Origin: an uncultured Spirochaetota bacterium
Lineage (GTDB): Bacteria > Spirochaetota > Spirochaetia > SZUA-6 > Fen-1364
Length of the DNA: 64,000 nucleotides
Reading direction: 5' to 3'
NCBI GenBank assembly: GCA_963734545.1
Contig: CAVTHO010000005.1
Location: forward strand, 198,886 to 262,885
Positions 1 through 8,703 of this stretch are shown piece after piece. Numbering within the stretch: position 1 is the stretch's first letter; the number at the start of each line of letters is the position of its first letter. A model generated the notes under the pieces. It was not told the DNA's origin. It ran no database searches and worked only from the letters and a program-made list of their open reading frames with translations. A program made the translations under genes and the position numbers.

Positions 1-1005
1 AGGGCCTCTGCCCTCACCAGCAGGCTTCTTGCCTTCAGCCGCAAACAGATCCTCCAGCCCGCCGTCCTGGACATGAACAAAGTGGTCGCCAATTCCGTGA
101 CGCTCCTGCGCCCCCTGATCGGTGAGGATATCGAGCTCGTGGTGCGTCTTGCCCCCGTCTCCCTGTGCGTACGCGCGGACCATTACCAGATGGAGCAGAT
201 CCTCATGAATCTCGCGGTGAACGCGCGCGACGCGATGCCCGGCGGCGGAAAGCTCCTTCTGGAGACCGCCGGCCTCGAAGTGGGAGTCGACGGCGAGGCC
301 TCGTTCGAGGAATCCGAGCCCGGATTCCACACCATCCTGCCGGCAGGATTGGCGCCGGGGCCATATGTCGTGCTCAGGGTGCAGGACAACGGCGTGGGCA
401 TGTCGGAGGAGACCCGGGAGCGCCTCTTCGAGCCGTTCTTCACCACGAAGGATGAAGGCAAGGGTTCCGGACTCGGGCTCTCCACCGTGTATGGCATCAT
501 CACGCAGTCCGGAGGCCGGGTACGGGTCGAAACCGCGCTGAGCAGGGGCACGACATTCACCGTCTGTCTCCCCCGGGTCCCGGCGGCCGACGAGCACACC
601 GCGGCGGATGACACCCCGCCTTCCCCGGGAAGCGGAAGCGGCACCGTTCTGCTCGTGGAGGATGAGTCCGATGTGCGCGAGCTCGCGCGCCGCGTCCTGG
701 AAAAAGGCGGCTACCACGTGATACCGGTCGCCTCGGCGCGGGAAGCGCTCCTGATTGCGGAGGGCTCGGCGGTCATCGATGTCGTCGTGACGGACGTGGT
801 CATGCCCGGAGGGATGAGCGGGGTGGAGATGGGGGAACGGTTGGCCCGCACGCGCCCGACGCTTCCCGTGCTGTACATGTCCGGCTACACCGACGACGCG
901 CGAATTCATGGCAAGACCGCTTCCGAGAGACTGCCGTTCCTGGGAAAGCCTTTCCAGCCGGCCGAGCTTCTGGCTCGCGTCCAGACCATGATCAAGAACA
1001 GCTGA
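1..1005 (+). CDS. Hybrid sensor histidine kinase, C-terminal part (HATPase_c + receiver domain); 5' end outside window
   Basis: Frame 1 is open from nt 1 (RASALTSRLLAFSRKQILQPAVLDMNKV...). It has HATPase_c N/G1/G2 boxes (NLAVNARDAM, DNGVGM, GSGLGLS), then a receiver domain (VLLVEDE, VVTDVVMPG, YMSGY, GKPF). Confidence 0.85.
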   Translation, partial: RASALTSRLLAFSRKQILQPAVLDMNKVVANSVTLLRPLIGEDIELVVRLAPVSLCVRADHYQMEQILMNLAVNARDAMPGGGKLLLETAGLEVGVDGEASFEESEPGFHTILPAGLAPGPYVVLRVQDNGVGMSEETRERLFEPFFTTKDEGKGSGLGLSTVYGIITQSGGRVRVETALSRGTTFTVCLPRVPAADEHTAADDTPPSPGSGSGTVLLVEDESDVRELARRVLEKGGYHVIPVASAREALLIAEGSAVIDVVVTDVVMPGGMSGVEMGERLARTRPTLPVLYMSGYTDDARIHGKTASERLPFLGKPFQPAELLARVQTMIKNS

Positions 1006-1028
1006 GGTCTCGCCCTTCGCAGCCCTCG

Positions 1029-2324
1029 ATGGCCGGGCGGCCCGCGAAGGCCTCTGGTGGAAAAGCACCGGGGCTGTGTTATAATCTCGCTTCCGTGAAA
1101 GCCGCAGCGATCATTGCCGTTTTTCTTGCCGTTTTTTCAGGGAACGCTGCCGGTGCGAACCTGCGCATGCTTTACATTGCCCAGGCCGGCTATCAGCCGC
1201 GGGACATCCAGGCCCGTGCAGAGGAGTACAGGCGCACATTCGGGAAAGAGGTCAAGCTGACCTTCGCGCAATACGAGGAGGTCTACGGGCTCATCGGGGC
1301 ATCGGCTGCCCACCAGATGCCCGGTTTCGATGTGGTGCTTGCGGACCTGATCTGGATGGATGACTACGTGTCCCGGGGGATCCTTGAACAGGTGCCCGAG
1401 AAGCTGAGCGCCAAGATAGCGGAAGGGATCGTCAGCGCCATCTACCGGCCGTTCGAGAAAGACGGGAAATTCTGGGCTTTTCCGTTCCTGGCCAATCACA
1501 AGCTCTTCTATGTCGACACGGCACTGTTGAAGAAAGCTGGATTTTCGCGTCCGCCCTCCACCCTCGAGGACATGGTGGCCATGGCGCGGGCGGCAAAACG
1601 GTCCGGCGTCATCACGTACCCGATTTTCGCCTCCTGGAACAAAGAGGAATCGCTCGTCTGCGATTTCACGCTTCTCGTGGGCGCGTTCGGTGGGAACCTC
1701 GTGGACGAGAAGGCGCTTCCCCGGGTCGATTCCCCGCCGTGCGTGCAGGCCCTGCAGTTCATGGTTTCCCTGCTGGATGCGGGACTCGTCAGTCCCTATT
1801 CCCTGAGAAGCGACGAGGTATTCGCGGGTGAGGCCTTCCTGATGGGAGACGTTCTCTTCGAGACAAACTGGACGTTCGTGACCGGCAGGATGCGGGACAA
1901 CCTGTACGGCAACGGCACCAACCTGACCGCTGCCCTCATTCCCGTGGCGCGCTCGGTGAGGCCCCGGGTCCGCACCTCCACGGTCTCGGGCTACCAGGGG
2001 CTTGCCGTGATGCGGAACTCCGTTCTGAAGAGGGAAGCCTGGCGGTTCATCGAATTCCTGGCCTCCCCCGAGTTCCAGAGGCAGCACCTTTCGGAAATGT
2101 CCGTCTGGACGGCGGTCTGGAACGAGCCGCGTACCCGGCAGATCGACACCGAGATAGGGCTCAAGATGATACAGCTCGAGGGGGCACACGACAGGATCGG
2201 ACACCCCCAGTACCGGATGATCAGTCTCATCCTGCAGGACGCTCTCTACGACGCCTTGACGAAGAAAGACTCTCCTGCGCATGCGCTCCGGCATGCGCAG
2301 CAGCGGATCGAGGCACTGGAATGA
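1029..2324 (+). CDS. Extracellular solute-binding protein, family 1 (sugar type); probable co-sensor for the downstream kinase
   Basis: N-terminal hydrophobic signal/anchor (AAIIAVFLAVFSGNAAG) and SBP_bac_1-like sequence throughout (FDVVLADLIWMDDYV, KFWAFPFLANHKLFYV). The stop overlaps the kinase start (ATGA at 2321-2324). Start is uncertain (ATG 1029 or in-frame GTG 1095). Confidence 0.75.
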   Translation: MAGRPAKASGGKAPGLCYNLASVKAAAIIAVFLAVFSGNAAGANLRMLYIAQAGYQPRDIQARAEEYRRTFGKEVKLTFAQYEEVYGLIGASAAHQMPGFDVVLADLIWMDDYVSRGILEQVPEKLSAKIAEGIVSAIYRPFEKDGKFWAFPFLANHKLFYVDTALLKKAGFSRPPSTLEDMVAMARAAKRSGVITYPIFASWNKEESLVCDFTLLVGAFGGNLVDEKALPRVDSPPCVQALQFMVSLLDAGLVSPYSLRSDEVFAGEAFLMGDVLFETNWTFVTGRMRDNLYGNGTNLTAALIPVARSVRPRVRTSTVSGYQGLAVMRNSVLKREAWRFIEFLASPEFQRQHLSEMSVWTAVWNEPRTRQIDTEIGLKMIQLEGAHDRIGHPQYRMISLILQDALYDALTKKDSPAHALRHAQQRIEALE

Positions 2325-4435
2325 ACCCGGGCAAGACCCTTCTGCGTCGTCTGGGCAGACTCAAGATCTCGGCAAAGGTCAGCGCGGTGTCGATCGTCAT
2401 CGTGCTCTTCCAGGGCATTCTCTCCATGGTCGGGGTGAGCGTGCTCATCACCCAGACCAACCTGGCCACGTTTCACGCTCAGCTGGAACGCACGGCGCAC
2501 TCGGTGGAGTCTTTCATCGACTCCACCAAGAGCGATCTCGCCGTCAAGGCCAACCTGCTGGCGGGGCAGCAGAATATCATCGATTACACGGACTACGACC
2601 TGCGCAATCTCCTCCTGCAGGAGCTCTCCATCATGCGACTGCCCCTGAAGGTGGACGCGTTGTGCATCGTGAATGCCAATCGTGAGCCTGTCGCAGCGAT
2701 CGGGGAGCGGTCCCTTCGCGAGTCGTTCACCCGCCAGTCGCTCGTGATAAACTGGTGGGAAGGGAACCCGCTGTTCATCGCCCCCTACGAAGACCAGATC
2801 CACCTCTGGGCGCTCAGCCCCATCGTCCAGGCAAAAAAGGTCATCGGCGTGCTCGGTGTCGGGCTCAACATGGATTCCAATTTCATCAACAGGATCGAGT
2901 CGATCAACAACGCGGCGATCCTGCTTTCCTGGCAGAGAAAAATATTCGTCAGCGGCACGCTTCCCGAGACCTTCTTCGAAGGGTTCGTGAAGATAGCCCG
3001 GGTCACGGACCCGGGGGAGCAGGCCACCGCGCAGCGGGCCGGAGGGCGCTACGTTGTTTCCACTTCGACGGCACCGAGCCTCAGGGGGCTCCTCGTGCAC
3101 TGCTTCCTGGATACGGGGGACTCGAGCAGGCTCCTGGCCAGCTACCGCGCCTTCTCACTCGGATTTCTCTTCGTGGTCATCGTGCTCGGCTTCCTGACCT
3201 CCCTCCTGCTGTACCGGTTCACGTTCCTCACTCCCTTCCGGCTTTTCAATGACGCCATCCGCAGCATTTCCGCGGGAGACCTCGGCTACCCGATTGCGAA
3301 AATGGGGGAAGACGAGTTCGGCGACCTGGCCCGGTCCTTCGAGGACATGACGAAGAGCCTGCGGGCAAGAGAGAAGGAGCTGGCCGAGCTGGGCAAGTAC
3401 AATGCCCTGGTTCTCTCCAATGTCAGCTCGGGCATTCTCACGATCGCCTTCGACGGCATCATCACGGCCATCAATCCGGCCGCCTGCGCGCTGCTGGGTC
3501 TGGACGAATCGGACAGCGGGACGGGACGGGCCCTGAGGGATATGTCGATTCCACGGGAGCTCACGCGCCTCATCGACGAAAGCCTTCACGCGGAATCCCC
3601 GGTCGCCGTGCGGGAGATCAAGTCCGAGATCGAAGGCTCGGCGCGCGTGCTGTCCGTCTCCACCTCACCGTTCCTTTCGCAGCACAATACCAAGCTCGGT
3701 ATCATCGTGATCATCGCCGACGTCACCCATGAGAAGGAGCTGGAGCAGAAGCTCGAGCTCTCCTCCCGCATGGCGGCCATGGGAGAGATGGTGGCAGGCG
3801 TTGCCCACCAGATACGCAACCCGCTGGCCATCATGAAGGTTTCCGCCGAGCTCCTGCGCGACCACATCGAAGCCTCCGCGGGCGGCGCCCAGCCCCACCG
3901 GCTGGCCTCCATGATCGTGAACGAGGCGGACACCCTCGGCGCAGTGGTATCCAACTTCCTTGATTTCGCCCGGCCGCACGCGGTCAAAAAGGAACCCGCA
4001 TCCGTGGACGAGATCCTGCGCCGCGTCATAGACGTGCTCCCCCTGGCGAGCTTCCCGGGCACGACTGTCACATGCCGCTTCGCCTCCGACCTGCCCCGGG
4101 TGGCGCTGGACAAGAGCCTCATCGAGCAGGCGTTCCGGAACCTCCTGATCAACGCGCTGGAGGCCTCCCCGGTCGGGCAGCCGGTGTGCGTGAGCGCGTG
4201 GAAGGATGACGGCCGGGTCGCGGTGGAGATACGTGATTCGGGCAATGGGATGGACGAGGCGACCCAGAGACGGATCTTCAACCCGTTCTTCACCACCAAG
4301 AGCGATGGGACCGGCCTGGGGTTGTCCATCGTGCACCGGATCGTGGAAAGCCACGGCGGGCGGATCGAGATGGAATCCGCGCCCGGCAGGGGGACGACAT
4401 TCCGCGTGTTCCTGCAGGAGGAACGGGTTCAATGA
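2321..4435 (+). CDS. Sensor histidine kinase (2 TM, periplasmic Cache-like domain, HAMP, PAS, HisKA, HATPase_c)
   Basis: Two hydrophobic segments flank an extracytoplasmic domain of about 250 aa. It has a HAMP-like linker, a PAS-like segment, an H-box (VAGVAHQIRNPLAIM) and N/G1/G2 boxes (NLLINALEA, DSGNGM, GTGLGLS). It is ATGA-coupled to both neighbours. Confidence 0.9.
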   Translation: MNPGKTLLRRLGRLKISAKVSAVSIVIVLFQGILSMVGVSVLITQTNLATFHAQLERTAHSVESFIDSTKSDLAVKANLLAGQQNIIDYTDYDLRNLLLQELSIMRLPLKVDALCIVNANREPVAAIGERSLRESFTRQSLVINWWEGNPLFIAPYEDQIHLWALSPIVQAKKVIGVLGVGLNMDSNFINRIESINNAAILLSWQRKIFVSGTLPETFFEGFVKIARVTDPGEQATAQRAGGRYVVSTSTAPSLRGLLVHCFLDTGDSSRLLASYRAFSLGFLFVVIVLGFLTSLLLYRFTFLTPFRLFNDAIRSISAGDLGYPIAKMGEDEFGDLARSFEDMTKSLRAREKELAELGKYNALVLSNVSSGILTIAFDGIITAINPAACALLGLDESDSGTGRALRDMSIPRELTRLIDESLHAESPVAVREIKSEIEGSARVLSVSTSPFLSQHNTKLGIIVIIADVTHEKELEQKLELSSRMAAMGEMVAGVAHQIRNPLAIMKVSAELLRDHIEASAGGAQPHRLASMIVNEADTLGAVVSNFLDFARPHAVKKEPASVDEILRRVIDVLPLASFPGTTVTCRFASDLPRVALDKSLIEQAFRNLLINALEASPVGQPVCVSAWKDDGRVAVEIRDSGNGMDEATQRRIFNPFFTTKSDGTGLGLSIVHRIVESHGGRIEMESAPGRGTTFRVFLQEERVQ

Positions 4436-5784
4436 AACGGATTCTCATTGTGGACGACGAGCAGAACATGGTGGCCGCGATGGAAATGCTCTTCCAGGGC
4501 GAAGGGTACGAAACGACAACGGCGAAGCACGGCGGCGAAGCCCTCGAAATCGTTCGCGGGGGCGAGCGGTTCGACGTCATACTTTCAGACATGCGGATGC
4601 CCGACATGGGCGGGACCGACCTGCTCCGGGCACTTCACGAGGAGGCCATCACCACTCCGTTCGTCCTGATCACGGCGTACGGGACGATTGAGAATGCAGT
4701 GGAAGCCATGAAGCTTGGTGCCGTCGACGTCGTCACCAAGCCCTTCAACAAGGAGGTGCTCCTGGCGCTGATTTCCCGTATCTGCCGCATCGAATCGCTC
4801 AAGGAGGAGAACAAGCTTCTGAAAGAGGCGCTGCGGCTCGACTCATTCATGTATGACTCCGAGGTCATGAGAGAGATCCAGTCGGTGATCGACAAGGTGG
4901 GACCCGTTCCGACGCCGGTGCTCATCACGGGGGAAAGCGGGACGGGGAAGGAGATCGTGGCCCGGCTGCTGCACGAGCGCTACGCGGGAGAGTTCGAGCG
5001 CAAGCCATTCGTGTCCGTGAATTGTCCTGCCGTGCCTGAGACGCTGTTGGAGAGCGAGCTTTTCGGCTACCGAAAGGGAGCGTTCACGGGCGCAACGAGC
5101 GACTACAAGGGGAAGGTGGGAATAGCCGATGGCGGGACGCTCTTCTTCGACGAGATCGGGGACCTCCCGCTGGGTCTTCAACCCAAGCTCCTGAGGCTGC
5201 TGGAGAACAAGACATACGAGCCGCTGGGCACCGGTGCCCCGCGCAAGGTGGATATCCGCGTGCTCTGCGCAACGAACAAGGAATTGAAAAAACTGGTGCA
5301 TGAAGGCGGATTTCGGGAGGATCTCTTCTACCGGATCAATACGATCACGATCGCCCTCCCCCCGCTGCGGGAGCGCGCGACGGACATTCCTCTTCTGGCC
5401 GGGCTGTTCCTGGAGCAATTCTCCCACGAGCTGGGCAAGAGAATCAGCGGCTTCGGAAAGGGAGCGCTGGAGAAACTCTGCCGCTATGCCTGGCCAGGGA
5501 ATGTCCGCGAGCTGAAAAATGTCATTGAGCGCGCTGTTGTGCTCTGCACCGGTGTCACGATCGAGCAGAAGGACCTTCCCGCGGAGCTGCGGGAAGAATA
5601 CCATGCCAGTTTCGAAGCGGATGGCAACAAGCTGGCAAACCTGGAGCGCCGGCTGCTGGTCGAAGCCCTCGAAAAAAGCGGGTGGAATGCGTCTGAGGCG
5701 GCACGAAAGCTCGGCATTACCCGAAACACCATCCGTTATCGCATCCAGAAGTACGATCTTGATGGTGGCCGAATTTCACCATAG
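4432..5784 (+). CDS. Sigma-54-dependent response regulator (NtrC family: REC + AAA+ + Fis-type HTH)
   Basis: REC domain (ILIVDDE, ILSDMRMPDMGG), Walker A GESGTGKE, sigma-54 contact loop GAFTGA, Walker B LFFDEIG, and a C-terminal HTH (AARKLGITRNTIRYRIQKY). Confidence 0.92.
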   Translation: MKRILIVDDEQNMVAAMEMLFQGEGYETTTAKHGGEALEIVRGGERFDVILSDMRMPDMGGTDLLRALHEEAITTPFVLITAYGTIENAVEAMKLGAVDVVTKPFNKEVLLALISRICRIESLKEENKLLKEALRLDSFMYDSEVMREIQSVIDKVGPVPTPVLITGESGTGKEIVARLLHERYAGEFERKPFVSVNCPAVPETLLESELFGYRKGAFTGATSDYKGKVGIADGGTLFFDEIGDLPLGLQPKLLRLLENKTYEPLGTGAPRKVDIRVLCATNKELKKLVHEGGFREDLFYRINTITIALPPLRERATDIPLLAGLFLEQFSHELGKRISGFGKGALEKLCRYAWPGNVRELKNVIERAVVLCTGVTIEQKDLPAELREEYHASFEADGNKLANLERRLLVEALEKSGWNASEAARKLGITRNTIRYRIQKYDLDGGRISP

Positions 5785-5948
5785 GTGGTTATTTTGAGCC
5801 ACTTCATGATTTACGAAAAAGATGTTTTACCGATTTTTCCTAGCGCACAATGTCCCTTACTTACGTTTTGGTTTTGAATCATACTACTTAGCCTGCAAGG
5901 CAGCCCCTTTTCGTGACCATTCGAGACATCCGCATGAATATGCAACTT

Positions 5949-5964
5949 TGGCATTCTTATTGCA
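5949..5964 (+). promoter_or_regulatory. Sigma-54 (-24/-12) promoter upstream of xylF
   Basis: TGGCATtcttaTTGCA matches TGGCAC-N5-TTGCW with correct GG/GC spacing. It lies about 30 nt upstream of the GTG start (5994) and RBS AAGGAGG, directly downstream of the sigma-54 activator gene. It is embedded in a perfect 9-bp inverted repeat (AATATGCAA 5937-5945 / TTGCATATT 5960-5968). Confidence 0.6.
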
Positions 5965-5993
5965 TATTTCTTGCTACACCAAGGAGGTGTAAG

Positions 5994-7097
5994 GTGAAAA
6001 GAGCATTTCTCACTCTCATCGTCCTCGTGCTGTCCCTGTCGGTTTGTGCCCTCGCTTTCGCGAGCGGAGGAGCCGAGGGAGGCAAGCCCGTGGCCAAGGG
6101 CGCGAAGATAAAGATCGGACTGTCATTCTCCGATTTCGCGACAGAGCGCTGGCCGGTAGAGCAGGCACTGCTCACCAAGCTCGGCTACGACAAGGGCGCC
6201 CAGGTCATATCACAGGTCGCCAACCATGACGAGAAGCTGCAGAACGACCAGATCGAGAACATGGTTCTCCAGGGGGTCAATGCACTGATCATCGTGGCGG
6301 AAAACGGCGATTCGGCGGCAACCGCGGCGGCAGCGGCGCACGACGCAGGCGTCAAGGTCATTGCCTATGACCGCCTGATCAAGACTCCGAAGATCGACGC
6401 GTACATCTCCTTCGACAACACGGAAGTCGGTCGCCAGCAGGCCTCGGGGGTTCTGAAGGTCAAGAACAGCGGCAACTTCGTCCTTCTCGGCGGAAGCCCC
6501 ACGGACAACAACGCCATCCTGTTCAGGAACGGCCAGATGGAGATCCTGAAGCCCCTCATCGACAAAGGGCAGATCAAAATCGTGGCTGATCAGTGGGTGG
6601 AGAACTGGGAGCCGTCCAACGCAACCAAGACAATGGAGAACATCCTCACGGCCATCAACAACAAGGTCGACGCGGTTGTCGCCTCCAATGACGGCACGGC
6701 GCTCGGCGCTCTGCAGGCCATGCAGGCCCAGGGTCTTGCCGGCAAAGTGCCCATCTCTGGCCAGGACGCCACCGCGCCCGGCTGCAAGTCCATCGTCGAG
6801 GGCGGGCTGACCGTGACCGTGTTCAAGGACGTGCGCAGGCTCTCTCCTCTTGCCATCGACCTTGCCATCGACCTCGTGACCGGCGTGAAGACGGGTCCCG
6901 TGGGACAGCTCAAGATGTACAACCTCGCTGACCTCACGCTGAACAACAAGCTCACCGGACAGGTGCCGTTCTACCAGCTGCCGGTCGTCCAGGTAGACAA
7001 GAACAACGTGTACGATGTAGTGATAAAGAGCGGATTCCAGAAATACGACGACGTCTACAGGGACATTCCCGAAAGCAAGCGCCCGGCGAGGCCCTGA
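5994..7097 (+). CDS. xylF: D-xylose-type ABC transporter substrate-binding protein
   Basis: Strong collinear resemblance to E. coli XylF as I recall it (IENM..GV..L.I, KV.AYDR.I, YISFDN..VG, GGSP.DNNA.LFR.GQM..LKP, DAVVASND, ISGQDA). The GTG start at 5994 is preceded by AAGGAGG, giving signal peptide VKRAFLTLIVLVLSLSVCALAFA. The ORF-track ATG at 5913 is probably too far upstream. Confidence 0.88.
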   Translation: MKRAFLTLIVLVLSLSVCALAFASGGAEGGKPVAKGAKIKIGLSFSDFATERWPVEQALLTKLGYDKGAQVISQVANHDEKLQNDQIENMVLQGVNALIIVAENGDSAATAAAAAHDAGVKVIAYDRLIKTPKIDAYISFDNTEVGRQQASGVLKVKNSGNFVLLGGSPTDNNAILFRNGQMEILKPLIDKGQIKIVADQWVENWEPSNATKTMENILTAINNKVDAVVASNDGTALGALQAMQAQGLAGKVPISGQDATAPGCKSIVEGGLTVTVFKDVRRLSPLAIDLAIDLVTGVKTGPVGQLKMYNLADLTLNNKLTGQVPFYQLPVVQVDKNNVYDVVIKSGFQKYDDVYRDIPESKRPARP

Positions 7098-7115
7098 CCG
7101 CACGACGCTGAATTG

Positions 7116-7147
7116 AAAACGGGGAAGCGCCGCTTCCCCGTTTTTTT
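7116..7147 (+). terminator. Intrinsic terminator/attenuator hairpin between xylF and xylG
   Basis: aaaaCGGGGAAGCgccGCTTCCCCGttttttt: a perfect GC-rich stem, a 3-nt loop and a T7 tract, placed right after the binding-protein gene. Confidence 0.7.
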
Positions 7148-7158
7148 AGGAGGAGCAC

Positions 7159-8700
7159 GTGGAGAGCGACGTCATACTGGATATTTCACACGTGACCAAG
7201 ACATTTCCGGGCGTCACCGCTTTGAACGACGTCTCCCTGCAGATCCGCCGCGGCGAGATCCACGGTTTGTGCGGGGAGAACGGCGCGGGCAAGTCCACGC
7301 TTGTGAAGATACTCTCCGGCGTCTACCCGTATGGCACCTACGAGGGCGCCATTACCTTCCAGGGCAAGGAGCTGCGTTTCGAGCAGAAATCCATCAGGGC
7401 TGCAATCGAGGCGGGTATCGCCATCGTGTACCAGGAGCTGACCCTCATCCCGAAGATGACCGTCGGGGAGAACATTTTCCTTGGCAAGGAACCCGTGGAG
7501 GGCCGCCGCATCAACCGCTCGCGCCTGTACGCGCAGAGCAGGGACATCCTGGCCAAGTACGGCCTGGACATCCTCCCGCAAGCCCGGGTCCTGGACCTCG
7601 GCGTGGGCAAGCAGCAGATGGCGGAGATCGCCAAGGCTCTTTCGGAGGACGCGAAGCTCCTCATCCTGGACGAGCCGACTTCCGCCCTCACGCAAACAGA
7701 GGTCCTCAAGCTCATGGAAATCCTGCGGGGCCTGAAGGCGCATGGCGTCACCTGCATCTACATTTCCCATAAGCTGGAGGAATTTTTCGGCATTACGGAC
7801 CGTGTGACGGTGCTGCGCGATGGAAAGCTCATCTCCACCATGGAAACAAAGGACGCGAGCACGGAGACGCTCGTCAAGTTGATGGTCGGCCGGGAGATGA
7901 CGGACCGGTTCCCGCCGAGCCAGCGCACTCCCGGGGAGGTGATCCTCTCCGTGCGCGGGCTGCACGCGGAAGATCCCCAGGTTCCCGGCAGGGAAATCCT
8001 GAAAGGGGTGGACTTCGACCTCCGCAGGGGGGAGATCCTCGGCATCGCCGGCCTCATGGGCTCCGGCAGAACGGAGCTCGTGACCACGATCTTCGGCGAA
8101 TACGCCACGATCACCGCGGGCAGCATCGTCCTGGAAGGACAGCAGGTGCACATCGGCTCGGCCCGGGCTGCCATGGATCACGGGATCAGCCTCGTGCCGG
8201 AAGACCGCAAGCAGCTCGGACTGGTGCTCATCCAGTCAGTGCTGAAAAACATTGCCCTGCCGAACCTGAACAGGTTTGCCGCTCTGCTGCGCATCGACAA
8301 GCAGGCAGAGCTGCACGAAACGGAAAAGTACGCCAAGAGCCTTGCCATCAAGACCCCGTCCCTGAGCGTCGCCGTGGACAACCTGAGCGGCGGCAACCAG
8401 CAGAAGGTTGTCATCGCAAAGTGGCTCATGTCCGCGCCCAAGGTTCTCATCCTGGATGACCCCACCCGCGGCATAGACGTGGGAGCCAAGTTCGAGGTCT
8501 ACAAGCTCATGAACGAGCTCGCGGCTCAGGGCATGGCCATCATCATGATCTCCTCCGAGCTGGAGGAGGTGATCGGCATGAGCGACAGGGTCGTCGTCAT
8601 GTGCGAGGGCCGGTCGAACGGCGTGCTCGCGCGGAGCGAAGCCACACAGGAGCGCGTGATGACGCTCGCTACAGGCATCACCACAAATGGAACGAGGTAA
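7159..8700 (+). CDS. xylG: Xylose/ribose-type ABC transporter ATP-binding protein (two fused NBDs)
   Basis: GTG start after TAGGAGGAG. Two NBD halves: GENGAGKST / LGVGKQQMAEIAKAL / LILDEPT / YISHKL, and a second half with LSGGNQQKVVIAKWL / LILDDPTRGIDV. Confidence 0.9.
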   Translation: MESDVILDISHVTKTFPGVTALNDVSLQIRRGEIHGLCGENGAGKSTLVKILSGVYPYGTYEGAITFQGKELRFEQKSIRAAIEAGIAIVYQELTLIPKMTVGENIFLGKEPVEGRRINRSRLYAQSRDILAKYGLDILPQARVLDLGVGKQQMAEIAKALSEDAKLLILDEPTSALTQTEVLKLMEILRGLKAHGVTCIYISHKLEEFFGITDRVTVLRDGKLISTMETKDASTETLVKLMVGREMTDRFPPSQRTPGEVILSVRGLHAEDPQVPGREILKGVDFDLRRGEILGIAGLMGSGRTELVTTIFGEYATITAGSIVLEGQQVHIGSARAAMDHGISLVPEDRKQLGLVLIQSVLKNIALPNLNRFAALLRIDKQAELHETEKYAKSLAIKTPSLSVAVDNLSGGNQQKVVIAKWLMSAPKVLILDDPTRGIDVGAKFEVYKLMNELAAQGMAIIMISSELEEVIGMSDRVVVMCEGRSNGVLARSEATQERVMTLATGITTNGTR

Positions 8701-8703
8701 AGC

